Part shown: positions 10,029-17,802 of the stretch, piece after piece | Layout: each line of letters starts with the position of its first letter | How positions within the stretch are numbered: position 1 is the stretch's first letter | Assembly (NCBI GenBank): GCA_964387885.1 | Contig: CAYLYZ010000084.1 | Coordinates: forward strand, 1-25,964 | Source of the DNA: an uncultured bacterium | Lineage (GTDB): Bacteria > Electryoneota > AABM5-125-24 > Hatepunaeales > Hatepunaeaceae | DNA length: 25,964 nucleotides | Direction: 5' to 3' | The notes under the pieces: model-generated | Databases searched by the model: none | What the model saw: the letters and a program-made list of their open reading frames with translations, nothing else | Told to the model about the DNA's origin: nothing | Program-made: the position numbers and the translations under genes

Positions 10029-10048
10029 GGGCGAATAATCATTCGCCC
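10029..10048. repeat. GC-rich palindromic element copy (GGGCGAAT-aatc-ATTCGCCC)
   Basis: A perfect 8-bp stem. It belongs to an approximately 26-nt element, TGTAGGGGCGAATAATCATTCGCCC. Confidence 0.5.
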
Positions 10049-10102
10049 TTAGTAGCAAGTGAACAGCATTTAGGTCATGTCCTACAAAGTAAGATTTGTT
10101 TT

Positions 10103-10129
10103 GGGCGAATAATTATTCGCCCCTACGAC
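10103..10129. repeat. Inverted copy of the same palindromic element (GGGCGAATAATTATTCGCCCCTACGA)
   Basis: A 20-nt perfect palindrome. Its reverse complement is near-identical to the element at 10024-10048, forming an inverted doublet about 55 nt apart. Confidence 0.5.
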
Positions 10130-10163
10130 AGTAAAATCTTTTATATAAAGGGGAGGTAAACTC

Positions 10164-10787
10164 TTGGTAGACCTTCGCGCATACGTTTTTTTAGATAGTA
10201 TTCAACCACAGTACGCGGCATATCTCGGTACAGTGGCAAAAGGTTTTTTGCCTATTGCAGGCATGGCATCGCTGTATGTCGAGATTTCACCTGGCATCGA
10301 GATCAACAGGATTACAGATATTGCTCTGAAATCGACGAACGTGACTCCCGGGATGCAAATCGTTGAGCGACTCTATGGAATGCTTGAAATTCATTCTAAT
10401 TCGCAGGCAGATGTTCGGCAAGCGGGACAAGCAATTCTCGAAGCCCTTGATCTTAAGGAAGAGGACAGGTGGAAACCAAAGATCTACTCACAGCAGGTCA
10501 TACGACGAGTGGACGACCACCAGACACAGCTAATTAACCGGATGCGGTTTGGAAATATGATTATCCCTGGTGAAACGTTATTTGTCATGGAAGTTGCTCC
10601 CGCTGCGTATGCGGCTCTTGCAGCAAATGAAGCAGAAAAAGCTGCTGAAATCAACATCCTCGATGTACGTGCATTTGGAAGTTTTGGCAGAGTCTACCTT
10701 GGTGGTGAAGAACGCGATATTGATGTCGGTTGGCGTGCTGCCGTTAAGGCAATTGAAGAAGTTACAGGAAAAGAACAATCTAAATAA
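10164..10787 (+). CDS. BMC shell protein, tandem BMC-domain (BMC-T) with 33-aa N-terminal extension
   Basis: Two canonical BMC domains are present: [25 protein letters not shown] resembles PduA ALGMVET...ADAMVKSANV, and [29 protein letters not shown]...G...[13 protein letters not shown] is the second. TTG start with a GGGAGG SD 7 nt upstream; an alternative ATG at 10263 would begin directly at domain 1. Confidence 0.55.
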   Translation: MVDLRAYVFLDSIQPQYAAYLGTVAKGFLPIAGMASLYVEISPGIEINRITDIALKSTNVTPGMQIVERLYGMLEIHSNSQADVRQAGQAILEALDLKEEDRWKPKIYSQQVIRRVDDHQTQLINRMRFGNMIIPGETLFVMEVAPAAYAALAANEAEKAAEINILDVRAFGSFGRVYLGGEERDIDVGWRAAVKAIEEVTGKEQSK

Positions 10788-10801
10788 ATTTTGGAGAAGA
10801 A

Positions 10802-11116
10802 ATGGCAGAAGCACTGGGAATGTTGGAAACACGCAGTTTTCCTGCGGTAGTCGAAGCCGCTGATGCTATGGTAAAAGCTGCAAAAGTTGAATTAGTATCA
10901 TACGAAAAAACAGGTGGCGGGTATGTCACTGCTATTATCCGTGGTGATGTAGCTGCAGTTAAAGCTGCCTGCGATGCCGGTCGTGCGGGAGCTGCGAGAG
11001 TAGGTGAAATCGTTGCTGTTCATATCATTGCCCGTCCGCATTCTAATGTTGACTTTATCATGCCGCTTGGTCGTGAGGAAGATGGCAAGGCGGGAATGGA
11101 GCGTCTTAGTAAATAG
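10802..11116 (+). CDS. BMC-H hexameric shell protein (PduA/EutM/CcmK family)
   Basis: [60 protein letters not shown] is a textbook BMC domain (PF00936). Confidence 0.9.
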   Translation: MAEALGMLETRSFPAVVEAADAMVKAAKVELVSYEKTGGGYVTAIIRGDVAAVKAACDAGRAGAARVGEIVAVHIIARPHSNVDFIMPLGREEDGKAGMERLSK

Positions 11117-11135
11117 TCGCTCTTAAGGAGGTATT

Positions 11136-11435
11136 ATGGTTCTCGCCAAAGTTGTCGGGACATTGGTTTCGACACAAAAAGAAGAGAGTCTCGAGGGGCT
11201 GAAATTCCTGATACTGCGCAATGTTGAGATCAATGGCAAAGTCGGCAAAGGTTTTGTAGTCGCAGCTGATGGTGTGGGAGCTGGTATAGGAGAAATGGTT
11301 TTGTACGCAAGTGGCAGCTCAGCCCGTCAAACCAAATTGACCGAAAACCGCCCCTGTGACTCAATTGTTATGGCAATTGTTGATAATTGGGAAGTTGACG
11401 GGAAGTTAAAGTACAAGAAGGGAGTTAACGATTAA
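11136..11435 (+). CDS. BMC-P pentameric vertex protein (EutN/CcmL/PduN family), paralog 1
   Basis: MVLAKVVGTLVSTQKEESLEGLKFLILRNV...GFVVAADGVGAGIGEMVLYASGSSAR is the EutN/CcmL signature. A strong AAGGAGG SD precedes it. Confidence 0.85.
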   Translation: MVLAKVVGTLVSTQKEESLEGLKFLILRNVEINGKVGKGFVVAADGVGAGIGEMVLYASGSSARQTKLTENRPCDSIVMAIVDNWEVDGKLKYKKGVND

Positions 11436-11486
11436 GAGTGATTATTACATATCACTCGAATTGTATGGGCACGATGCTCGTGCCCA

Positions 11487-11505
11487 TTACTTCTTTGTTC
11501 AAGGT
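11487..11505. repeat. GC-rich hairpin GGGCACG-atgct-CGTGCCC (member of GGGCR..YGCCC family)
   Basis: 7-bp GC stem followed by ATTAC, lying between the BMC-P gene and the aldehyde dehydrogenase gene. Confidence 0.5.
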
Positions 11506-11540
11506 TTCGACTTTTAATGATATCGTTATCAATCAAACAG

Positions 11541-11559
11541 GGGCACGGGCACCGTGCCC
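11541..11559. repeat. GC-rich hairpin GGGCACGG-gca-CCGTGCCC (second copy of pair)
   Basis: 8-bp stem followed by TTAC, 35 nt downstream of the previous hairpin. Confidence 0.5.
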
Positions 11560-11603
11560 TTACGCTTTAACAGCATCTAATAATTATTAATTATGGAAGA
11601 GCT

Positions 11604-13055
11604 GTGTCCCGGTTAACAGACGAACAAGTAAATATCATTGCTGCTGAAGTCATAAAGCAACTTAAACAACCTGAATCCGGAAATTCTTCAGATAGAAGCA
11701 AAACAGCTTCTGCTCCATTAACATCGTTCGGAGCAGGAATCTTTGCCGATATTGATTCAGCAGTTAAGGCTGCACGTCTGGCTCACGAAAGGCTTGTGAG
11801 TATGACACTTGAGCAACGAAAAAAAATAATTTCGAACGTTCGCAAGCGAATGCTCGAGGCAACTGAAGAATTGTCTCGAATGGCGCTCGAAGAGACCGGC
11901 CTTGGTAGGTTCGAAGATAAAATTCAGAAAAACAGACTTGTTACGCTGAAAACTCCGGGAACAGAAATTCTTCAGCCAACAGCATGGTCGGGTGACAGAG
12001 GACTTACATTGATGGAATTGGCTCCTTATGGTGTTATAGGAGCAATAACTCCTGTTACCAACCCAACATCGACGATCATATGCAATTCAATTGGCATGGT
12101 TGCTGCTGGAAACGCAGTGGTATTTAACGTTCATCCAAGTGCTAAGAATACCAGCATCAGGAATATTATCCTGCTCAATGAAGCAATAACTGAAGTTGGT
12201 GGACCGGAGAATGTCATTACATGCATATCAGAGCCTACAGTAGAGAGTGCTACTGAGCTGATGCACCATCACGGTGTCAGGTTGTTAGTCGTAACAGGTG
12301 GTGGTGCAGTAGTTAAGGCAGCTATGAACAGCGGGAAACGGGCTATTTGTGCAGGACCCGGTAATCCTCCAGCTGTCGTTGATGAAACCGCAGATATCGA
12401 TCTTGCTGCAAAAAGCATTGTTGCAGGTGCTTCTCTCGATAACAACATTATCTGTGTACTCGAGAAGACCGTCATAGCGGTTGATTCTATCTCCGATTCA
12501 CTCATTGAAGCATTTCAAAGACACAATGCGGTATTGCTGACACAAGAGCAGTTCAACCAATTAGAACCGATTATCTTCTCAAAGACTAACGGACCGCGCA
12601 AATATGCAGTGGTGGACAAAGATTTGATCGGAAAGAACATACAGGTGATTCTTTCGAAAATCGGAATGACTGTACCTGATAATATCCGACTTGCGGTGGT
12701 TGAGGTAGATGCGGATCATCCCCTGGTCTGGACTGAACAGATGATGCCGGTAATGCCATTGGTCAGGGTATCTGATGTAGATAAAGCAATTGAGCTTGCC
12801 AGGGAATCCGAACATGGTTACCAACATACAACAGTTATGCACTCGACCAACATCAACAACCTTTCAAAAATGGCGCGAGAGATGAATTGCAGTATATTTG
12901 TCAAGAATGCACCCGGACCTGCCGGCCTGGGATATAACGGCGAAGGTTATTGTTCATTCTCAATTGCGAGCCCAACCGGTGAAGGATTGACGAATGCGCG
13001 GAGTTTTTCCCGCGAGAGGCGTTGTACGTTAGTTGATAATTTCAGAATTGTATGA
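11604..13055 (+). CDS. CoA-acylating aldehyde dehydrogenase (PduP/EutE-like BMC aldehyde dehydrogenase) with N-terminal encapsulation peptide
   Basis: GTG start. ELAPYGVIGAITPVTNPTSTIICNSIGMVAAGNAVVFNVHPSA and the catalytic Cys motif LDNNIICVLEKTV match PduP/EutE. The N-terminal amphipathic helix TDEQVNIIAAEVIKQLKQ plus a Ser/Ala linker looks like an encapsulation peptide. Confidence 0.85.
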   Translation: MSRLTDEQVNIIAAEVIKQLKQPESGNSSDRSKTASAPLTSFGAGIFADIDSAVKAARLAHERLVSMTLEQRKKIISNVRKRMLEATEELSRMALEETGLGRFEDKIQKNRLVTLKTPGTEILQPTAWSGDRGLTLMELAPYGVIGAITPVTNPTSTIICNSIGMVAAGNAVVFNVHPSAKNTSIRNIILLNEAITEVGGPENVITCISEPTVESATELMHHHGVRLLVVTGGGAVVKAAMNSGKRAICAGPGNPPAVVDETADIDLAAKSIVAGASLDNNIICVLEKTVIAVDSISDSLIEAFQRHNAVLLTQEQFNQLEPIIFSKTNGPRKYAVVDKDLIGKNIQVILSKIGMTVPDNIRLAVVEVDADHPLVWTEQMMPVMPLVRVSDVDKAIELARESEHGYQHTTVMHSTNINNLSKMAREMNCSIFVKNAPGPAGLGYNGEGYCSFSIASPTGEGLTNARSFSRERRCTLVDNFRIV

Positions 13056-13663
13056 TTAGAAGATATCCTGCAATAGCCCTGCTTGAATTATCCGGAATCT
13101 CCCGTGGTGTCGTAACAAGCGATGCAATGGTCAAACGAGCTCCGATAACGATGATAAAGTCGGGGACGATCTCGGAAGGTAAGTATCTTATCCTCGTCGG
13201 GGGAAGTGTCGCTTCAGTCGAGGAAGCTTTTGCTGCCGGAATGTCAATCGGGGGAAATTCAATTATCGATCATGTAATCCTGCCGGATGTTCATACCCAG
13301 GTTCACGATTCGATACTCGGAACAAAACGTAAACCAGCTGCTGATGCATTGGGATTAATTGAAACGAGCACTGTAGCTGCAACTATCAGATCGATGGATG
13401 CTGCGATCAAAAGTACAAAGATAGATATTGTCGAATTGAGGTTGGGTGATAACCTTGGCGGAAAAGCATTTGCTATATTCTCCGGCAAGGTCGAAGATGT
13501 ACAAACTGGAATGGACATTATTCATGAAGTATCAGGCGGGAAAGAGTATTTGACTGCAGAAGAGATTATCCCGAGATTGGCTGATGTGATAGGCAAACAA
13601 CTCGAATCAGGCAGCAGATTTGCTGAAATCAGGGCCAGCATATTAGAAGACGGGGAGCTCTGA
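13052..13663 (+). CDS. BMC-T tandem-domain shell protein (PduT-like)
   Basis: Two BMC domains: IALLELSGISRGVVTSDAMVKRAPITMI... and ALGLIETSTVAATIRSMDAAIKSTKIDIV... It overlaps the aldehyde dehydrogenase stop by 4 nt (ATGA). Confidence 0.75.
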   Translation: MIRRYPAIALLELSGISRGVVTSDAMVKRAPITMIKSGTISEGKYLILVGGSVASVEEAFAAGMSIGGNSIIDHVILPDVHTQVHDSILGTKRKPAADALGLIETSTVAATIRSMDAAIKSTKIDIVELRLGDNLGGKAFAIFSGKVEDVQTGMDIIHEVSGGKEYLTAEEIIPRLADVIGKQLESGSRFAEIRASILEDGEL

Positions 13664-13664
13664 T

Positions 13665-13952
13665 ATGATGTTGGGAAGGGTATTCGGTACTGTCACGGTC
13701 AGTGTAGTTTACGAGGGATTGGAGGAGACTCCGATGCTGCTCGTGCAGCCTCTCGATAAACGCCAACAGCCTGAAGGTGATTTCGTTGTCGCAGCCGATC
13801 CGACACGAATGGCAGGACCGGGCGAGCTGATATACTACGAAGCCAGCCGCGAAGCCGCCTTACTGTGTGATCCCTGGTTCGTCCCTGTAGATCATGCGAT
13901 AGTTGGGATAGTCGACGACGTCCACCTCTCAAACCACCCGGACGAGCAATGA
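13665..13952 (+). CDS. BMC-P vertex protein (EutN/CcmL family), paralog 2
   Basis: MMLGRVFGTVTVSVVYEGLEETPMLLVQPLD...DFVVAADPTRMAGPGELIYYE is an EutN-like fold signature. Confidence 0.75.
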   Translation: MMLGRVFGTVTVSVVYEGLEETPMLLVQPLDKRQQPEGDFVVAADPTRMAGPGELIYYEASREAALLCDPWFVPVDHAIVGIVDDVHLSNHPDEQ

Positions 13953-14209
13953 AAATCGGACGCGTCAGCGGAACTCTGCACAGCACTATCAACCATCCTT
14001 TTTACGACAACAGGAAAATCCTCGTCGTAGACTTGCTAAGCCCGGACAAAACCGAAACCGGAAAATACTTGATCGCATTAGATGTTGTTGATGCCGGAGT
14101 AGGGGAGACGGTGCTGATCGTTGATGAAGGCAACTCCGCCCGGCAGGTTTTTGATGCGAAGAATGGCCCTGTCCGGTCTGTGATTGTAGGAATTGTAGAC
14201 GAATATTAG
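13949..14209 (+). CDS. BMC-P vertex protein (EutN/CcmL family), paralog 3
   Basis: MKIGRVSGTLHSTINHPFYDNRKILVVDLLSPDK...YLIALDVVDAGVGETVLIVDEGNSARQ. There is an ATGA overlap with the previous gene. Confidence 0.8.
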   Translation: MKIGRVSGTLHSTINHPFYDNRKILVVDLLSPDKTETGKYLIALDVVDAGVGETVLIVDEGNSARQVFDAKNGPVRSVIVGIVDEY

Positions 14210-14401
14210 GTTGGAATCTGCAGAGTGCATAAGCGTGCATTGAGCAATTCGTTATAAACCACATCCTGATAATCTGTGCACCCAATATTTAGCCAAAGAA
14301 TATGCTAACAAAGCTTCTGTTTCCTAAATCTTAGTAAGAATTGATTCACACTTGCGCAATATGGCGCATCTGTTGCGTATTTTTACACATTTCTTTACGT
14401 T

Positions 14402-14417
14402 TGTGATATTTATCACT
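14402..14417. promoter_or_regulatory. CRP/FNR-like palindromic site TGTGATATTTATCACT upstream of the T9SS cargo gene
   Basis: GTGATA-TT-TATCAC is a perfect 14-bp palindrome about 90 nt upstream of the GTG start at 14508. It resembles TGTGA-N6-TCACA. Confidence 0.3.
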
Positions 14418-14507
14418 TGAATTTTATCAAGGATCTTCTTATAATAAACAATCCTGCAACAGTTTTTTTTTAACAAATCTCTCAAACTTTTGATTTCGGA
14501 GGCAAAG

Positions 14508-17500
14508 GTGAAGCACATCATCTTCCTTTTTGTGATTGTTCTCTTTTTAGCAACCTCATCATACGCGCTGGATGAAGTGAAGATATGTCCTGCAGAACAT
14601 CATGCGGGTGATATGTTCGGGACAGCAGTTGCTGTTGATGGAGACTATATGGTTGTCGGTGCCATAGGATATGATGTCGGTGAAGATCAAAATGTCGGAT
14701 CAGCTTATGTGTTCCACTGGGATGGTGATGAGTGGATCGAACAAACCAGAATTCAGCTTGATGATCGATCGGGTAGTGATAATTTTGGTGCAGCAGTCGA
14801 TATAGCAGGTGATTATATCATTGTCGGAGCTCCTAACGAAGATCCTGGAGGTGAAGATAATGCGGGTTCAGCCTGGATCTACATGAGGAATGGTCAGAAT
14901 TGGGATTTCCAGGCTCAGATTGTTTCCCGTAATCCATTTCCCAACGAAAATTTTGGTGCAGCGGTTGTGATAAATGGGAATATGGCTGTAGTCGGTTCCG
15001 CAGGTAGCGATACTTCTTGTGTTTATGCTCGCGATGGTGCAAATTGGGACCATACGTACCGAACATTATCGCAACAGGTGGGAGCAGGTTATGGCGATTT
15101 TATTAGCATGCATGGAAATAGTTACGTAATTTCCGGATATAATTTAAGTGTTTCAGGGCAAGCTGGTGCAGGTCAAGCATTTGTAAACATTTTTGATGGT
15201 CAGAACCTTGCCCTACAAGGAATAATAAATTCTTCTACTCCTACAACGAATGGACATTTTGGATGGGATTGTTCAATATTCGGTGATATACTTCTGGTCG
15301 GCGCGTCAGGTGACTCAATAGTTGATGTATATCAGGGAGCAGCATATATTTTCGAAAGAAATGCCGGAAACTGGAGTCGAACTGACAAACTCTTTTCGGA
15401 TGTTGAACCTGGTGATGGTTACGGAAAAGGTGTTGCAATCAACAACGATTATGCTGTAATAGGCGCACCTGATAATGATGCTCAAGAAATTGCAAATTCT
15501 GGCATTGTCTTTCTATTTGAATCCGATGAAGGCAACTGGAATGAATTGGGATCAATTGTTCCGGATGATGCTCACGAAAACATGCATTTCGGCCAAAACC
15601 TCGCGTTAAGTGACACTCTGATCTTCAGCGGATGCCCTGATGCAACAGTCGAAGGATCTGCCGGTGCCGGTGCAGTTTATATGTTCGTTGTGAATTCACC
15701 ACCAGCAGTTACAGTGATTGATCCCAATGGTGGTGAAGTGCTTGTAGAGAATACCGAATTCGAAATAGAGTGGGAAGTCGAATCGATGCAGGACATTGTG
15801 CAAAACACAATTGAGTATTCAGCTGATAATGGCCAGAACTGGTCACAGATTGGAACCACTGATGATGATGATTACGATTTCGAATGGACTATTCCTGACA
15901 CATTCTCAACGAGTTGCCTTATAAGAGTAACAGCTGAAACTGATGACCAGGAAGGATCAGATGTTTCAAATGCAACTTTCACGATTGTGACAATACCTGA
16001 TGTAGTTGTTTCTGTTCCCGATGGAGGTGAACAATACCAAACCGACGAAGAGGTCACAATCGAATGGGATGTGACAAATGAACCGGACATTATTGAAAAC
16101 GTTGTAGAATATTCCACAGATGGCGGAGATACCTGGATAAATATAGGAGCAACCCAGGATGAAGATTTTGATATCGTGTGGATAATTCCTGACATATACA
16201 GTCTTTATACAGTTGTTAGAGTGAGATCAACCAATGAATACGATGTTGAAGGTTATGATATTTCCGATGATTGGTTCATAATTGTACCGACATCGGCAAG
16301 TTATACCTTCTACCGCGGCTGGACTTTCTTCAGTCTGCCTTATACCCCGGATGACAACAGTGTCGAAACTCTGATCGAAGCTGGTATTATCGACCATATG
16401 CCCTGGGATTTGTTCGGATTTGACATGTCCACTGCTTACTACCGTCCTGAAGAACTGTTTGTAGGCAATGGTTACATGCTCACAATGTATCAGGATTCGT
16501 TGGAAATGTCGTTTGATTGCGAAGCCGGAATTGAACAGGTAGACTGGGAACTGGATCTGGGATGGAATCTGATTGGAGTACCGTTCGGTCAACCCCTTAC
16601 GGTAGAAAACCAAACATTGAACCATGAAGGTGAGTTATATACTATTGCAAATGCTGCGGACTCACTTTTATGCGTCCCAATCTTTTATGACTGGAGTGCC
16701 CAGGATAGTGCCTACCTGATTGCTGATGTTCTTGATGTTTGGAAGAGTTATTACTTCGTAGCACTTGACACAATGGTGCTTAATCTGTTCCCCGCACCTC
16801 CCGGACCTGTACCAACTGCAATTGATGACGTTCCGGGCACAATCGAGGCATGGCAATTGAATATCATTGCCGAAATGGATGGAAAACGCGATCCTCTGGC
16901 TGCCATCGGTGCCAATGCTTATGCTACGGACGGCTTTAATCCCGCATTCGACTATCCCGAACCTCCAAACGGCAACATCAGCCAGGTAGTTAATACCTAT
17001 TTCGAAGAAGAAGAATGGATACCAAACTTCGCCACTACTTTCTGCCGTGACATCCGCGAGCAAATGGTTGAAGAAGAAGACGTATGGACGATGTTCGTTT
17101 CGACAATCCGTCCTGGTGATGTCACGCTGACATGGGATGATATTTTCGACACCACTCCGGCAGGTTACGAATTTGAGATTAACGATCCAGCGGCGGATGT
17201 GACAATAAATCCAAAGGCTGAAGCTTCATACACGTTCTACAACGAAGGCACAAGTGAAATCGTAATCAGAGCTTTCGCTTCGCTGAATGTCAAGAATAGA
17301 GTCGAGATACCGAGCACCCACAACCTGCTAACAGCCTATCCAAACCCATTTAATTCAACTTTAAGCATCACCATGGATCTACAGTCAAGTTCTAACGTTA
17401 CGCTTAGCGTTTTCGACCTGAACGGAAAGCTGGTAGATACCGTGCTGAACGGCTCAATGGAAGCTGGCACTAACGAACTGAAATGGGATGCTAAAGGCAT

Positions 17501-17576
17501 TACAAATGGTGTTTATATCATCAGATTGCAGACCAGGACTCAAGAAGCGACTCAGAAGGTTCTTTTGATGAAGTAA
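14508..17576 (+). CDS. Secreted FG-GAP (integrin-alpha-like) beta-propeller protein with two tandem Ig-like repeats and T9SS C-terminal sorting domain
   Basis: GTG at 14508 lies 5 nt after a GGAGG SD and gives a clean signal peptide, KHIIFLFVIVLFLATSSYA; the ORF track's TTG at 14490 is an alternative. It has repeated FGxAVxxxGDYxVVGAP motifs. Two ~100-aa repeats of the form GGExL/YxxxExxIEWxV...IEYSxDxGxxWxxIG lie at about 15700-16290. The C-terminus is YPNPFNSTLSITM...GVYIIRLQ. Confidence 0.7.
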   Translation: MKHIIFLFVIVLFLATSSYALDEVKICPAEHHAGDMFGTAVAVDGDYMVVGAIGYDVGEDQNVGSAYVFHWDGDEWIEQTRIQLDDRSGSDNFGAAVDIAGDYIIVGAPNEDPGGEDNAGSAWIYMRNGQNWDFQAQIVSRNPFPNENFGAAVVINGNMAVVGSAGSDTSCVYARDGANWDHTYRTLSQQVGAGYGDFISMHGNSYVISGYNLSVSGQAGAGQAFVNIFDGQNLALQGIINSSTPTTNGHFGWDCSIFGDILLVGASGDSIVDVYQGAAYIFERNAGNWSRTDKLFSDVEPGDGYGKGVAINNDYAVIGAPDNDAQEIANSGIVFLFESDEGNWNELGSIVPDDAHENMHFGQNLALSDTLIFSGCPDATVEGSAGAGAVYMFVVNSPPAVTVIDPNGGEVLVENTEFEIEWEVESMQDIVQNTIEYSADNGQNWSQIGTTDDDDYDFEWTIPDTFSTSCLIRVTAETDDQEGSDVSNATFTIVTIPDVVVSVPDGGEQYQTDEEVTIEWDVTNEPDIIENVVEYSTDGGDTWINIGATQDEDFDIVWIIPDIYSLYTVVRVRSTNEYDVEGYDISDDWFIIVPTSASYTFYRGWTFFSLPYTPDDNSVETLIEAGIIDHMPWDLFGFDMSTAYYRPEELFVGNGYMLTMYQDSLEMSFDCEAGIEQVDWELDLGWNLIGVPFGQPLTVENQTLNHEGELYTIANAADSLLCVPIFYDWSAQDSAYLIADVLDVWKSYYFVALDTMVLNLFPAPPGPVPTAIDDVPGTIEAWQLNIIAEMDGKRDPLAAIGANAYATDGFNPAFDYPEPPNGNISQVVNTYFEEEEWIPNFATTFCRDIREQMVEEEDVWTMFVSTIRPGDVTLTWDDIFDTTPAGYEFEINDPAADVTINPKAEASYTFYNEGTSEIVIRAFASLNVKNRVEIPSTHNLLTAYPNPFNSTLSITMDLQSSSNVTLSVFDLNGKLVDTVLNGSMEAGTNELKWDAKGITNGVYIIRLQTRTQEATQKVLLMK

Positions 17577-17607
17577 GAAAGTTCTCCGATAGTTCAGTTT
17601 ATTTACA

Positions 17608-17642
17608 AGTCCCGATTTTTGTGAAAATCGGGACTTTTTTCT
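17608..17642 (+). terminator. Rho-independent terminator of the FG-GAP/T9SS gene
   Basis: AGTCCCGATTTT-tgtg-AAAATCGGGACT has a 12-bp stem and is followed by TTTTTT. Confidence 0.75.
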
Positions 17643-17666
17643 CATCAAGTTCTTCGATTATTGAAT

Positions 17667-17693
17667 GTGGAGTGCTCAAGCCACGCTTGAGCA
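17667..17693 (+). repeat. REP copy 1 (GGAGTGCTCAAGCCACGCTTGAGCA), followed by second hairpin TCGAAGC-aaa-GCTTCGA
   Basis: Palindromic stem TGCTCAAGC/GCTTGAGCA. The same unit recurs five more times around the transposase gene. Confidence 0.7.
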
Positions 17694-17770
17694 TCGAAGC
17701 AAAGCTTCGAACAAAACTGATACTGAGTTCATGCGTTAACTCGATGCAAAACTTTCCATCCAACAAAATA

Positions 17771-17794
17771 GCTCAAGCATGGCTTGAGCACTCC
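17771..17794 (-). repeat. REP copy 2 (inverted orientation)
   Basis: GCTCAAGCATGGCTTGAGCACTCC is the reverse complement of GGAGTGCTCAAGCCATGCTTGAGC. It lies 9 nt from the transposase stop. Confidence 0.7.
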
Positions 17795-17802
17795 ATAATC
17801 CT

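Noticed and set aside
10570-10863. Overlapping 97-aa (+) and 84-aa (-) ORFs across the BMC-T/BMC-H junction
   Set aside because: They are out of frame or antisense relative to strongly supported shell genes. They have no independent signals.
13699-13992. 97-aa Arg-rich minus-strand ORF antisense to the two BMC-P genes
   Set aside because: It overlaps two well-supported EutN-family genes entirely. Its composition (R/L/G rich) is typical of antisense reading of GC-rich coding DNA. It has no RBS.
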